Positions 1 through 13,320 of a stretch of 64,000 bases of DNA are shown in pieces. The translations under genes were made by a program, and so were the position numbers. This DNA comes from Octopus vulgaris. Taxonomy: Eukaryota. Numbering within the stretch: the first letter of the stretch is position 1; the number at the start of each line of letters is the position of its first letter. The DNA lies in contig OX597829.1 of NCBI GenBank assembly GCA_951406725.2, forward strand, positions 2,170,001-2,234,000, written 5' to 3'. Below the pieces are notes generated by a model, which was not told the DNA's origin, made no database searches, and worked only from the letters and a program-made list of their open reading frames with translations.

Positions 1-111
1 AACCATTATATTTTCTTCTTGGTTTGTTTTTTTCTTTATATGAGTTTTTTTTTCAGTTTTTAGTATTGTTGTTGTACTTGTTATAGATTTATATTCTATT
101 TTATTCTTTAT

Positions 112-276
112 TTAGGCTGCTTTCCATTCAATCTGGAGTGCTGTTGCATTTGTATGTTCAAAATGCCATTGTTGTGTTTTCAAGTTCTTATTACATGGGT
201 TCATAAAGACTTCTTGGCTTCCAGTATCGCAGTCCAGGCACTGTTGGCTTATGGGATGATACAGCTGTCGTGTTTC
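112..276 (-). CDS. GALNT10: GALNT10-like terminal coding exon, lectin gamma repeat and stop codon
   Basis: Not in the ORF track; translated by hand as ETRQLYHPISQQCLDCDTGSQEVFMNPCNKNLKTQQWHFEHTNATALQIEWKAA* with CLD and QQW motifs. Acceptor cttacag, TAA at 114-112. Confidence 0.93.
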   Translation of the reverse strand, partial: ETRQLYHPISQQCLDCDTGSQEVFMNPCNKNLKTQQWHFEHTNATALQIEWKAA

Positions 277-1557
277 CTGTAAGAAAATAAATCAGATATA
301 ACAATCATAATAATAATAATAATAATAATAATCCTTTCTACTGGAAGCATGAGGGCCTCAAATTTGGGGAAAGGGATTAAGTCAATCACATTGGCTCTAG
401 TGCATAACTGGTACTTGTTTAATTGACCCTGAAGGGATGAAAGGCAAAGTCAAGCTCAGCAGAATCTGAACCCAGAACGTGAAGACAGACAAAATACCTA
501 TTTCTTTACTACTCACAAGGGGCTAAACACAGAGAGGACAACCAGATTAAGTTGATTATATCGACCCCAGTGCGTAACTGGTACTTATTTAATCGACCCC
601 AAAAGGATGAAAGGCAAAGTCGACCTCGGCGGAATTTGAACTCGGAACGTAGCGGCAGACGAAATACTGCTAAACATTTCGCCGTTGTGCTAACAATTCT
701 GCCAGCTCGCCGACAGACAAAATACTACTTAGCATTTTACCTGGCATGCTAACGATTCTGCTAGCTTACCACCTTAATCATAATAATAATGATGGTTACA
801 AATTTTGGCACAAGAACAGCAAGTTCGGGGAAGGGGGAAAATCGATTATTCTGACTCTGGTGTTGTTTGACCAGTACTTATTTTATTGATCCTGAGAAGA
901 TGAAAGGCAAAGTCAACCATGGCAGAATTTGAACACAGATGAAACGCTACTAAGCAGCAACCCACCACAGTTCTATAGTTATTTTGTGTCGTCTTTGCAG
1001 TAGTATTTGGCTAATGAGCAGACCCACCCTGAAGTGTGGTGTGACACTTGGCTGTGTGAGAGAGCTTCACTTATGCATCCTGTCTCATGAATGCAGTTGT
1101 GACAATACTTTTTACTTAGCATTACACTCTTAGAGAGGACTGTGGTGTTAACATGTCACAACAACCAGGGTCTTTACTGAGGCACCATCTCTAGGGACTA
1201 CCAGTGAAGATTAAAGAGCCCTTCCTGCCTTTGTGATAGATTTACACCCATGAAGATGATCTCTGATGGTTTAGTTCTCAGAGTATTCTATCTTATTCTC
1301 TGGGTGGAGAAGATAAGGAAGAGGTAGAATTACCTCAGAACACAGAAGCAACTTCATCTTGGACAAAGATTTAATCAGTAATATCAACATATCGACCAGA
1401 CTGTTAGATGTTATGCATCACTGGTCAGATTGTTCTTGATGCACACACACACACACACACACACATATGTGAGCATATGTGAATGCATGTTTGTGCACAT
1501 GTGTGTCCTGAGTCAGCAGGTGTGTCTCCCTACACTGTTAACTTGTTTGTTTTTGTT

Positions 1558-1756
1558 TTTACTTGTTTCAGTCACTTGACTGTGGCCATGCTGGAGCACC
1601 ACCTTTAGTCGAGCAAATCGACCCCGGAACTTATTCTTTATAAGCCCAGTACTTATTCTATCGGTCTCTTTTGCCGAACCGCTAAGTGACAGGGACGTAA
1701 ACACACCAGCATCGGTTGTCAAGCAATGCTAGGGGGACAAACACAGACACACACAC

Positions 1757-1799
<43 letters not shown>

Positions 1800-2147
1800 T
1801 ACGACTGGCTTCTTTCAGTTTCCGTCTACCAAATCCACTCACAAGGTATTGGTCAGCCCGGGGCTATAGCAGAAGACATTTACCCAAGATGCCACGCAGT
1901 GGGACTGAACCCAGAACCATGTGGTTGGTTAGCAAGCTACTTACCACACAGCCACTCCTGTGCCTATATACATATATACATATATACGACTGGCTTCTTT
2001 CAGTTTCCGTCTACCAAATCCACTCACAAGGTATTGGTCGGCCCGGGGCTATAGCAGAAGACATTTGCCCAAGATGCCACGCAGTGGGACTGAACCCAGA
2101 ACCATGTGGTTGGTTAGCAAGCTACTTACCACACAGCCACTCCTGCT
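1558..2147 (-). mobile_element. SINE family A copy with a tandemly duplicated 5' half
   Basis: About 165 bp at 1800-1963 is repeated almost exactly at 1986-2147. Confidence 0.88.
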
Positions 2148-3313
2148 TATGATTTACAAATTAGCAGAGCAGTAAAAGACTGATAAAATTTATATCATGC
2201 ACAAAAGAATAGATATTATGGGTTTAATTTCATCAACTAAAAAGATCCTGTGGGGTAAGTACCCCAGCATGATCACAGTCAGATATATCAAAAATTAAAA
2301 GAACAAATACCAAAAATATCTGTCAAGAGCTTGAAGATAACAAATACAATAAATTGCTAAACTGAGCTCAAAGCATTCATTAATTTTGGTTAAAATTATA
2401 TCTTATAATTATAATTATATCTTGTTTCATAACTTATTTAAGTTTTACACTTTCAAATATTAAGATTTTATTGTTTCCTCCTTTTTTTTTTGTTTTAATT
2501 TTGCTCTAAATTTTGTCAGGCAACAGCAAGAATTAGTATATTTGTATTTTTGTGTGTGCATATATATATATATATATATATCATCATCATCATCATCGTT
2601 TAACGTCCGTTCTCCATGCTAGCATGGGTTGGACGGTTCGACCAGGGATCTGGGAAGCCAGAAGGCTGCACCAGGCTCCAGTCTTATCTGGCAGTGTTTC
2701 TACAGCTGGATGCCCTTCCTAACGCCAACCACTCTGCGAGTGTAGTGGGTGCATTTTACGTGCCACCTGCACAGGTGCCAGGCGAGGCTGGCAACGGCCA
2801 CGGTCGGATTGGTGTATTTTATGTGCCACCGGCACGGGAGCCAGACGAGGCGGTGCTGGCATCGGCCACGAGTCGGATGGTGCTTTTTACGTACCACCAG
2901 ACCAGGGATCCTGGCTGGTTCAATTCGATTTCGATTTCGCTTGCCCCAACATGTCTTCGCAAGCAAGGGGGTTGGCATGGGTGCCTGTTGTACGGTCAGA
3001 TTGGTGTATTTTACGTGCCACCGGCACGGAAGCCAGTGGAGGTGGCGCTGGCATCGGCCACGAGTCGGATAGTGCTTTTTACGTACCACCAGACCAGGGA
3101 ACCTAGCTGGTTCAATTCGATTTCGCTTGCCCCAACATGTCTTCGCAAGCAAGGGGGTTGGCATGGGTGCCTGTCGTACGGTCAGATTGGTGTATTTTAC
3201 GTCTGTTTCAGTCTTTGGACTGTGACCTTGATGGTGGACCAACTTGAAGAGTTTACTCAAACAAGTAAACTCCAGTTGCCAAGCAATGGTAGGGAAACAA
3301 ACACAAATCAAAG

Positions 3314-3362
<49 letters not shown>

Positions 3363-3451
3363 ACTGGAGTTGATTTCTTTGACTAAAGCCTTCAAAGCAA
3401 TAGCACAGCAGACCACAGTCCAAGGACTGTAACAAGTAAAAGGTAAAAGAT

Positions 3452-3490
<39 letters not shown>

Positions 3491-3612
3491 ATATATACAT
3501 ACATACACTCACTCACATACATATGTGTATATGAGAACAAATTCAGAGCGAATTGAAGGTATTTGACATTTACTTCAAGTGTATAGGCTCTGACATTCCA
3601 GTGCCCTTAATT

Positions 3613-3648
<36 letters not shown>

Positions 3649-5500
3649 TATACACATATATATATACATACATATCAGTGGTGACTTAGGCACTCGGGCT
3701 GTTCAGGCTTAGCCTAAGTATAAATTTAATAAAATGAACGTGTATTTGCAAGGTGATTTAAATTCTGTCAACACTGACTTAAAGTATGTAATTTTAGCCA
3801 ATAACTCAGGTTCCTCTTACTGAGCCTGGTCACAGTTCAGTTATTTCCATTCAGTGTCTGGCGGTCGTCTTAGGTGTCCTATGTCAAAAAATATCATTTG
3901 TAGCAAACATTCTCTTGACATTGCCCACACGTACCTAACTCAGATTCAGAAGTTACAGACCAAGTTGTTATCTGTAATCATAAAAACTCAAATTCATGTT
4001 TTCTTGAAACAATAAATTTCTATAAAGATTAGGATTTAAATTCCAATCTATGAAAAGTTTCCGTTCTACAATATTCTTAAAGGAATGAAAAATTATCCGG
4101 CAACTCAAGCTAATACGAACGAGCCTGGTAGGTGTAAAAGACTAACTGGCATCTCTTGTCATGAATACAGGTGACCGTCAGATCGCTGATGTTTGTTGTG
4201 TACTCCGCTGTCGTTATTTGATTGTGGTTATTCTGTGCATCTGTGTTCAAAGATCAGTTGTGTTTTGCAGGGTTGCTTTATTTTTACCCTTAACTTAGAA
4301 ATGCAGAAAGACATAGCACTAAACATAAAAATAAAAAAAGCCATTTGGGGCTAGAAATAAAGCGGTAAAACATGAAATTCTTCAAGCAGGCATGTTTTTT
4401 ATGTGAAATCTGTGATGAGCCCAAATGACACTGATGACCTGGAATCACCTCGGAGATATATACATATATACCATGCCGGTGGCACGTAAAAAGCACCATC
4501 CGATTGTGGCCGTTTGCCAGCCTCGCCTGGTACCTGTGCAGGTGACACGTGAAAAGCACCCACTACACACACGGAGTGGTTGGCGTTAGGAATGGCATCC
4601 AGTCATAGAAACATTGCCAGATCAGACTGGAGCCTGGTGCAGCCTTCTGGCTTCCCAGACCCCAGTTGCACCGTCCAACTTATGCCAGCATGGAAAGCAG
4701 ATGCTAAACGATGATGATGATGATATATATACACACACACACACACACATATACACTCAACAAGCATCTTTCAGTTTCCATCGACTAAATTTACTCAAAA
4801 GGCTTTGGCTGGCTCAAGGCTCAAGTAGAAGATACTTGTCCATGTGGTTGGGAAGCAAACTCCTTACCACCCACAGCTACACCTGTACCTATATATATCC
4901 CCAGCACACCTTCCCTCCACCTGTTTTCACCATTCACTGCATCCCCTCCTCTTTATTGTCCACCCTCCTTTTGCACTCTCATGACTTCACCTTCCCACTC
5001 ATCCAATCCAATGCCCTGCCACGCCTAACTTCTATTCACATCTCTGTAACTTGAGGGTAGTCTATGACATCTTCACTATCTTATATCTTTCTCTCTCTCT
5101 TCTTCCAGATGGAGTAGCCATGTATCTACTCTACTGCAAGACACCTGCTTCTTTATTCTCTAATCTCTCATCACTTGGCACAAAGCCATCACCCTTAAAA
5201 CCTTTTCAGTTGAATTGCCTGCTGGTGCCATGTAAAAAAGCACCCAGTACACCCTGTAAAGTGGTTAGCATTAGAAAGGGAACCCAACCAAAGACACTAT
5301 GACAAAGCAGACATTAGAGCCTGGCACAATTCCCTGGATCGCCAACTCCTGTCAAATTGTGAAACCCATGCGGGAACGGAAAGCAGCTGAAAAATGATGA
5401 CAATGATATATTTCTATAAAGAGAGGGTGGGAAAGAGAGAGGTGTACACATACACATACGCACACACATGGGCAAGCATGGCTGTATGGATAAGAGGTTT

Positions 5501-5732
5501 GGCGTCGAGCAAGCAGAAACGTTAGCACACTGGGCAAAATGCTTAGTGGTATTTCATCTGCCGCTACGTTCTGAGTTCAAATTCCACCGAGGTCGACTTT
5601 GCCCTTCATCCTTTCGGGGTTGATTAAATAAGTACCAGTTACACACTGGGGTCGATATAATCGACTTAATCCGTTTGTCTGTCCTTGTTTGTCCTCTCTG
5701 TGTTTGGCCCCTTGTGGGTAGTAAAGAAATAG
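5501..5732 (+). mobile_element. tRNA-head SINE family B with a Deu/Nin-like central domain (representative copy, nested in another SINE)
   Basis: Head GGCGGCGAGCTGGCAGAA-like, B-box GAGTTCAAATTCC, central TTCATCCTTTCGGGGTTGATTAAATAAGTACC, 17-bp TSD gtatggataaga(g/t)gttt. Other copies at about 498-711, 6750-7163 (dimer), 13780-14007, 14939-15155, 18046-18261, 25469-25698, 26317-26547, 27137-27365, 37412-37634 and 39586-39817. Confidence 0.88.
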
Positions 5733-7669
5733 GTATGGATAAGATGTTTGCTTTTCAACTGTATGATTAGAATTCAGTCCCACTGAACAGCATACAATAG
5801 TCTTGGGCCAACCGGAACCTTGTGAGTGGATTTGGTGAATGGAAACTGAAAGAAGCCTGTTGTGTGTATGTGTGTGTATATGTGTGTGTGTGTCTACGTG
5901 TATGAATTGACTACAAATGTGATTATTGACTGCAAATAGCCACCTCCATGATACAAGAAATTTCATTCATTCCTAATCTTCTTGAAAAACTTGTGCAGCC
6001 ATGGAAAATATGTTGCTTGGAAACTGGCAGGGGTTTGGCAGCAAGAAGAACATTTGGCTATAGAAATATTTGCCGCATTTGGCAAGCACGGAAAGGTGGA
6101 CACTAAACAATAACAATGATGCATGTGTGTGTGTGTGTGTGTGTGTGTGTGAGTGTGTGTGTGTTAATGTCGGCTTTTATGTTCAGTTTTCTTTCATCAT
6201 TGAATGTTTTCTTTCAATAAAGATAGTGAAAAATCAAAAGACTGAATATTGATAGAAACTCACTTTTATAATCACTCTTTTGCTGTAGTGAAAGAGTGAC
6301 AACAAAGGGAGATAAATAAGAGTGTGTATGTGTGAGTGTGTGTGTGTGTGTGTTGGGGTGGGGTGAGACCCAGTCATGAGAATGGAAGTTACAAAAAAAA
6401 AAAGAGTTATAGCTCAATTGATTAGAAAGAGAATTAACCTAGATGAGAATGTATTTCCTGGCTTTCTGCCAGGAAAATGTACTGCTAATCTATTTTACCA
6501 TTTCTCCTATAGTTGCCTACAAGAGAAATATTTGACACTGTACCGTATCGATCACTGACATGTAGAAGGCTTTCAACATCGTCCTTGGCTCTGTGATGGC
6601 TAAAATAACTGGGGTAGATAACCAGACAAGCCATATACAAAAGTCTAGTTGACAAGATGAGATATCAATAATGGGCACAGTAATGAATTTGATGCTCAGG
6701 TAGTGGTCCACCAGAACTCCAGTTCTGAGACCCTTTTCTATTTATTATATATTTCTTTACTACCCACAAGGGGCTAAACACGAGGGTACAAACAAGGAGA
6801 GACAAACGGATCAAGTCGATTACATCGACGCCAGTGCATAACTGGTACTTAATTTACTGACCCCGAAAGGATGAAAGGTAAAGTCGACCTCGGCGGAATT
6901 TGAACTCAGAACGTAACGGCAGACGAAATACCTATTTCTTTACTACCCACAAGGGGCTAAACACAGAGGGTACAAACAAGGACAGACAAACAGATTAAGT
7001 CGATTACATTGACCCCAGTGCGTAACTGGTACTTAATTTATCGACCCCGAAATGATGAAAGGCAAAGTCGACCTCGGCAGAATTTGAACTCGGAATGTAA
7101 TGACAGACGAAATACGGCTATGCATTTCGCCCGGCGTGCTAACCACTCTGCCAGCTCGCCGCCTTTTTTCTATTTATTATAGTGCTCCAGGTAATAAGAA
7201 AGGTGTCCTAAAATCTGGCATCCATGGAAACACCTACATACTAGTTCTTAAATTTGTATCTATAAAGTTAGATTAGAGAAAAAATTCCAAACTTCAAAGC
7301 AATATACACATTCTAGAGACCTTAACTGTTTAGCACTGAGATTATTGTCAAGTCTGGTCGATGCACAACAGATGCAGTGGAACCACAAGCTAGTTCATAG
7401 AAAAAGCAAAGTTTGTGTGTGGACGATCTGCAGGGGCAAAAAAAGAAGAAAAAAAAAGTGCATATGAGAAACAGATTCTATCAAATGCCTTAAAGGGTCT
7501 TAGAAATAGTTGAGGTGAATATTCCAAAAATATAGCATCCAGAATAAGAATGGGATGAAAGATATTAAGGAACTATTACCTGAGTTGGTAACAAAACGTT
7601 TTTATCTAAAATTGAAAGTAAGATTGAAAATGCTTGTATATGAACCATGATACAGCATGGCAGTGAGAA

Positions 7670-8020
7670 TGCCCCATTCATCCTAACGAGACGTCTGCGT
7701 TGTCTGGGTCATGCCCTCCGTCGTCAAGCAGGAGAATTCATCTACGAAGCAATTGCCCCAGCTCCCCTTCAGGGTTGGCGAAAGCAATGCGGTGGACAAC
7801 GAAAAACCTGGCTGATGACAGTCAAGGCTGATCTGGAACCCAACCTAGGCTCCCATATCTATGGCGTTCGCCGCTGGAATAAGGAGTGGTTGGAGATCAC
7901 GCGGTCATTAGCCTCAAATCACCAGGACTGGTCGGTGTTTGTGAGAGATGCAGCATTGAGGGTGAATGAAGCCAGCTCAACCCACCCAGGGTGGATGCTG
8001 TCTCAAACAAACGAAAATAA
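7670..8020 (+). mobile_element. RTE-clade LINE 3' fragment
   Basis: RRLRCLGHALRR ... GGQRKTWLMTVKADL ... LASNHQDW is the typical C-terminus of an RTE ORF. Confidence 0.8.
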
Positions 8021-8091
8021 AAATGCCCCATTTGATGCATAGATGATGGAATACCCTTGAACTGAGAAAAAAACTGGATATAAGAGAATTA

Positions 8092-8441
8092 CCATAAAAA
8101 CCTATGTAATTTACGCACATTTTTCATGAAAGCAAAAATCAAACTTTAGTGGGTGTGTAAATAACATAAGTAGATCGTTTTCCAGAATTTTTTTAGAATT
8201 TTTTTTTGTTGAAAACTGATATACAAATACTCTTTTACTTGTTTCTGTCATTTGACTGCGGCCATGCTGGAGCACTGCCTTTAGTCGAGCAAATCGACCC
8301 CAGGACTTATTCTTTGTAAGCCTAGTACTTATTCTTTTGGTCTCTTTTGCTGAATCACTAAGTTACAGGGATGTAAACACACCAGCATCAGTTGTCAAGC
8401 GATGTTGGGGTGGGGTGACAAATACAGCCACACAAACAAAT

Positions 8442-8495
<54 letters not shown>

Positions 8496-9946
8496 GCACA
8501 TATATATGACAAGCTTCTTTCAGTTTCCATCTACCAAGTCCAGTCACAAGGCTTTAGTCAGCCCTAGGCTATAGTAGAAATCACTTGCCCAAGGTGTCAC
8601 ATAGTGGGACTGAACCTGGAACCATGTGGTTCATAAGCAAGCTACTTACCACACAGCCACTCCTATGCCTATAGTAGTAAATATTCGTACTGGAAGTTGA
8701 CTCATTTAATGTCGGAATAGGTTTTTTACAGAACAAATATAATGAAGTTGACTTTTATTTATTCTGGACGGCATAATACTTACTTTTTCTGTATAAATTT
8801 ACTAAAACCATGAAATGGTTAACTACTTTTTGAAGTTTGACGTTCATCCAGGTAATCACGGTCCAAGCCAATATTTTACTGCATCTAACGTCGACGACAA
8901 CATCATAATTCATCCTTGTACATGTAAACTCACTAAGTGAATATGACTTAGCATTCCTATAGAAACCTTCATTTACCTTATACGATGTTTAATGTCGTTT
9001 CACATTCATGTTGAATTATGCAGAAATTTTTATGTTCTCTTCAAAGAACACTTGTAATGTATGTATTACTAGTTCTTTTGGTATAGTAGATTTTTGCTAT
9101 ATTTATTTATGTCTTCTCACAGACGTGTATATTCTAACAAGCCGCTTCTTAAATTTTGCACCTCCCTTGTTCAATAAACACTGAGTTAAACTTGCAAAGC
9201 TGTTTATTTTCTCCTTTCGATTTTTAATGTTTATTTTAGCAGTTTACCAAACTATTAGTTTGGTCTCCTGGCTAAAACGGTAATGACAAATTTTCGAGTT
9301 TGCTTGACATTTTATAAGTGTGAAAGGGATTAAAATTTTGATTATCAGTATCAAAGGTTCCAACAAGAACAGGCAGAAAATCAGAGCTTGAGACAAGAAG
9401 GCGCTTTCAACTAATCAGATTTCTATTTACATAATCAATTTGATTGGTCACCTTTCTCTGTCAGTTGATCAAAGTGTCATCCAAGCTGATGTTTATTGGT
9501 AATTAAACTTATTTTGCTACACTTGTGCGTATTTATCAGCTTTGCTTTTGTTGATAAGAATTATCAACAATTTTTCTTGTGATCGTGATTTGAGAAGACA
9601 TACAAAAGTATGCTAAAGATCAGACATAATCTCTTGTGAGCAAGATGTGTAAAATAAAGTTTATTATAAACAACACAAACACTTCGTAATTTAATAGCTT
9701 TCAATATGGTACATGTTAAACAGAAATTATTTTTATTTGATGAAAATTTAATAAAATTGAATCATAAGTAAGTGAAATTATGCTAAATACAACTAAATTG
9801 AAAACATTTATCCCCTGGCCATATCGGCAATTTTGAAAACTTTTGGATGTGAATTTTACACGAGTAGAAGCTTTTTTAAACAATTTTTATCCTGGAAATC
9901 ACCTGTGTAAATTACACAGGTGCACAAATTACATGGGTTTTTACAG
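8092..9946. mobile_element. Tc1/mariner-superfamily (Tc2/pogo-like) non-autonomous DNA transposon
   Basis: TIRs ccataaaaacctatgtaatttacgcac (8092) and gtgcacaaattacatgggtttttacag (ends 9946), both flanked by TA. No ORF. A SINE is nested at 8231-8670. Confidence 0.7.
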
Positions 9947-10391
9947 TAGTTGTAGTGTGCAAGAAAGGAGACTGTGATGGTATGGGTATAAGATGCATCA
10001 GGAAGATGATACATATAACATCATAGAGAACATGACCATGTTACAAAAAGTGATTATGTTGAAACACATGCAAATATCTGAGACTACATTACTCTACAGT
10101 TATGAATGAAACAACTGTGTCTATGATACAACATGATCTGTTATTGACCAGTCAGCAGACCATACTTAAATCCTTAAAAATGTTTTAGCCCGAAGGCCAC
10201 GGCCATGCTGGGGCACCACTGCTGTTCTGATATGAAACTCTGAAATCACCACCAAACAAGGAGACACCTACTTTCTAGGAATAACAACCTGGCTGTCATA
10301 AAAAATGTTCATACTGGATAATGTAGTCTGGAGCATATTCCCTTCTGAAAAACAGCTGTGGCTTCCAGGTTCACTCTCACTGTATGGCACC

Positions 10392-10621
10392 TTAACCGTT
10401 TCGTTACAGAATTTATTTTGAGATGTTCTGTGTTTCTTTCAATTACTTTAAATATTACAAAGAATTTAGTAAAATAACTTAGTTATCATTCAGCTTAGTG
10501 TTAGGAACATAAATTGTGACTAAGGTTTGGTGGAAGGTTTTAATTCACAACTTTTGAAAACAAGACATTTGTACTACAAAGCCAGAGCTGGTTTCAGCCA
10601 AGTTGGTAACAAAAGGGTTAA
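10392..10621. mobile_element. piggyBac-like MITE (TTAA target) inserted in a SINE
   Basis: TTAA-CCGTTTCGTTAC ... GTAACAAAAGGG-TTAA. Further copies at 27906-28111 and 43765-43940 (partial). Confidence 0.75.
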
Positions 10622-11277
10622 ATAAGTGACTTCTACTATAGCCTTGGGCCAACCAAAGACTTGTGAGTGGATTTGGTAGATAGAAACTGAAAGAAATTTG
10701 TTGTGCATATGTGTATGTGTGTGTGTCTTACCACTGCTTGACAACTAGTGGTGGTGTGTTTCCTTCCCTGTAACTTAGCAGTTTGGCAAAACAGACTGAT
10801 AGAATAAAGCACTAGTCTTCAAAAAAATAATTAGTCCCAGGGTTGATTTGTTCAACTAAAACCATTCAAGGTGATGCCCCAGCATGGCCAAAATAAACAA
10901 TAAAAGATAAAAAAGTGGTCAGAGCTGGAATGCCTTTGACCAATTAGATTTCTAAGTCAAATCTAATATGGCAATAAATGACTCCAGATTTATCAAATCA
11001 GTCGCCAACAACTCAAAGGGTCTCACTGCAATAAAATCTGACGAAGACAGGATGATTGGAAAAGTAGTAGCAATGGTGGTGGTGGTGGTGGTGGTGCTTG
11101 TTGTTGTTGTTGCAGGAGTGGCTGTGTGGTAAGTAGCTTGCTTACCAACCACATGGTTCCGGGTTCAGTCCCACTGCATTACACTTTGGGCAAGTGTCTT
11201 CTACTATAGCCTCGGGCCGATCAAAACCTTGTAAGTGGATTTGGTAGACAAAAACTGAAAGAAGCCCATCGTATATA

Positions 11278-11325
<48 letters not shown>

Positions 11326-11547
11326 TGTGTTTGTTCCCCCAACATCGCTTGACAACCGATGCTGGTGTGTTTACGTCCCCGCAACTTAGCGGTTCAGCAA
11401 AAAAGAGACCGATAAAATAAGTACTTGGCTTACAAAGAATAAGTCCTGGGGTTGATTTGATCAACTAAAGGCGGTGCTCCAGCATGGCCACAGTCACATG
11501 ACTGAAACAAGTAAAAGAGAGAGTAAAGAGTAAAAGGAAGAACTTAC

Positions 11548-11691
11548 AATATTATATTTCCATCGTTGATTGCCTTGCATTCCGTGACATGTATAGAGAA
11601 TAACGGGAGCTTTCATTATTGTCTGGGATACATCAAAGCAGACGCTGCGCTTCCAAGGACGAATATCTTTGTGCCACGTCATTTCAAATTT
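11548..11691 (-). CDS. GALNT10: GALNT10-like exon, ricin-B lectin beta repeat
   Basis: KFEMTWHKDIRPWKRSVCFDVSQTIMKAPVILYTCHGMQGNQRWKYNI with CFD, CH..GNQ.W and the GALNT10-like 'TW..DIRP'. Acceptor ttttag, donor gtaagt, 144 bp. Confidence 0.94.
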
Positions 11692-12267
11692 CTAAAACAC
11701 ATAGAAATAAAAAATAACAATGCTAGTATAAACATTAAGATATATACATATTCATATATATAAATCTTTAGGTAAATATATTCAATATGAATATTACATA
11801 CTGAATTTATATTGAGTGCTCCATTGTATAAAAATATCAATACTATTAGAGTATTTATATATTTAATTGTGAAACAACCGTAAGATGCTTAAATAATTAA
11901 TTCAAAATTTTTAAACTATCAAATTTATTTTATATGTTATATTTATATATTTATATTCATTTATCTATATATATTTTAATACAATAATTTCTTTCACACG
12001 GGTATATCTTTATGACGAGTTTGGATATTAATTTCCTTCTATTAATAATAAAAATATATTATTAAAAAAATATGTATATTTATATATATGTAAATGTACA
12101 CTCACATACACATGCTCTTTACCTTTGAGATTGCAGCCATGTTGAGGCACCCACTTAAAGAATTTTAGTCAGGTCTCTTTTGCAGAGCCATTAAGTTATG
12201 GGAACATAAACACCCCAACACTGGTGCAAACACAAACACACATATATGACAGGTTTCTTTCAGTTTT

Positions 12268-12710
12268 AATAATAATAATAATGAAATTATTGTATACAGT
12301 GCTCAGGTGCACCACAACTTGTCAAAAGTGCATTTAAAGCATATGCAGTAATGTACAAATGTCTGGGAAGTGAACAATGTATGAGTCAGATACATGCTTG
12401 CATGTGTATGGAGGGGAGAAAATCAGGTGTAGTGTTGGCGAATCTCAGGAAGCATGGAAGTTTTGAAGGATGCAGTGCTCTGACAACTAACAACTGATGC
12501 CGGCAGTTTGTTCCATGCTTCAGCAACTCTCAGCGTGAAAAAATGTTTCTGAAAGTCATGGGAGCTTTTCTGTCTTCTGACTTTGTAAACATGTCCACGG
12601 GTGTTAGATGGGTGGAGTTTGAAAAGATGCTCAGAGTTATTGTTTATAAGATGGTTAATAATTTTATGGGTGTCTGCCAAGTCAGCTGCCAGACGTCGGA
12701 GTTTCATCAA
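12268..12710 (-). mobile_element. CR1/L2-clade LINE 3' end inserted in a SINE
   Basis: LRRLAADLADTHKII ... NTRGHVYKV ... KHFFTLRVAEAWNKLPASVV ... ASFK is the canonical CR1/L2 ORF2 C-terminus, followed by a 3' UTR and (ATT)n tail. Confidence 0.85.
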
Positions 12711-12922
12711 CCAAATCTACTCATAATGTTTGAGCATATGTGTTCTACTATAGGTCAAGGTTATAGGAGAATACACATGCTCAACATGTCATACAGTGGG
12801 ACTGAACCCGGAACCATGTGGCTGGCAAGTAAACTACATACCACACAGCCATGCCTGTGTCTATATATATATTATGATTTTACTTAGGCATAGTGATGCT
12901 AATAATTAGTACTTAGAACTGA

Positions 12923-12962
<40 letters not shown>

Positions 12963-12969
12963 TTAAATT

Positions 12970-13320
12970 TATATAAATAAGGATAAGATCATTAATTTAA
13001 AATAAAATAATGATTTTATCAAGTGGCCAGCATGGAAAAAAATAACCTTCAAAGGTAATAATTATTAAAATTATAAATTAGGGTATCTACGAGATACCAC
13101 CATGCTGAAAATAGCAGCCATGATCTGACTCTAAAACCACCTTAATTTTCCATATATCAACATGGAGAGAAAACAAAGGGAAAAGATGAAACTAGTAAAA
13201 ATTACTGGATAATTCTCTCCGTGTTGATATATGGACAATTAGGGTGGTTTTAGAGTCAGATCATGGCTGCTATTTTCAGCATGGTGGTATCTCGTAGATA
13301 CCCTAATTGATAATTTTAAT
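12970..13320. repeat. Asymmetric fold-back element with 108-bp inverted arms
   Basis: Arms 13064-13171 and 13213-13320 plus a ~95-bp unpaired extension. A second copy in the opposite orientation with a collapsed loop lies at 53975-54222. Confidence 0.9.

Noticed and set aside
2616-3512. 256- and 270-aa ORFs, the longest in the track
   Set aside because: They lie entirely within a multi-copy GC-rich repeat, and other copies do not preserve the frame.
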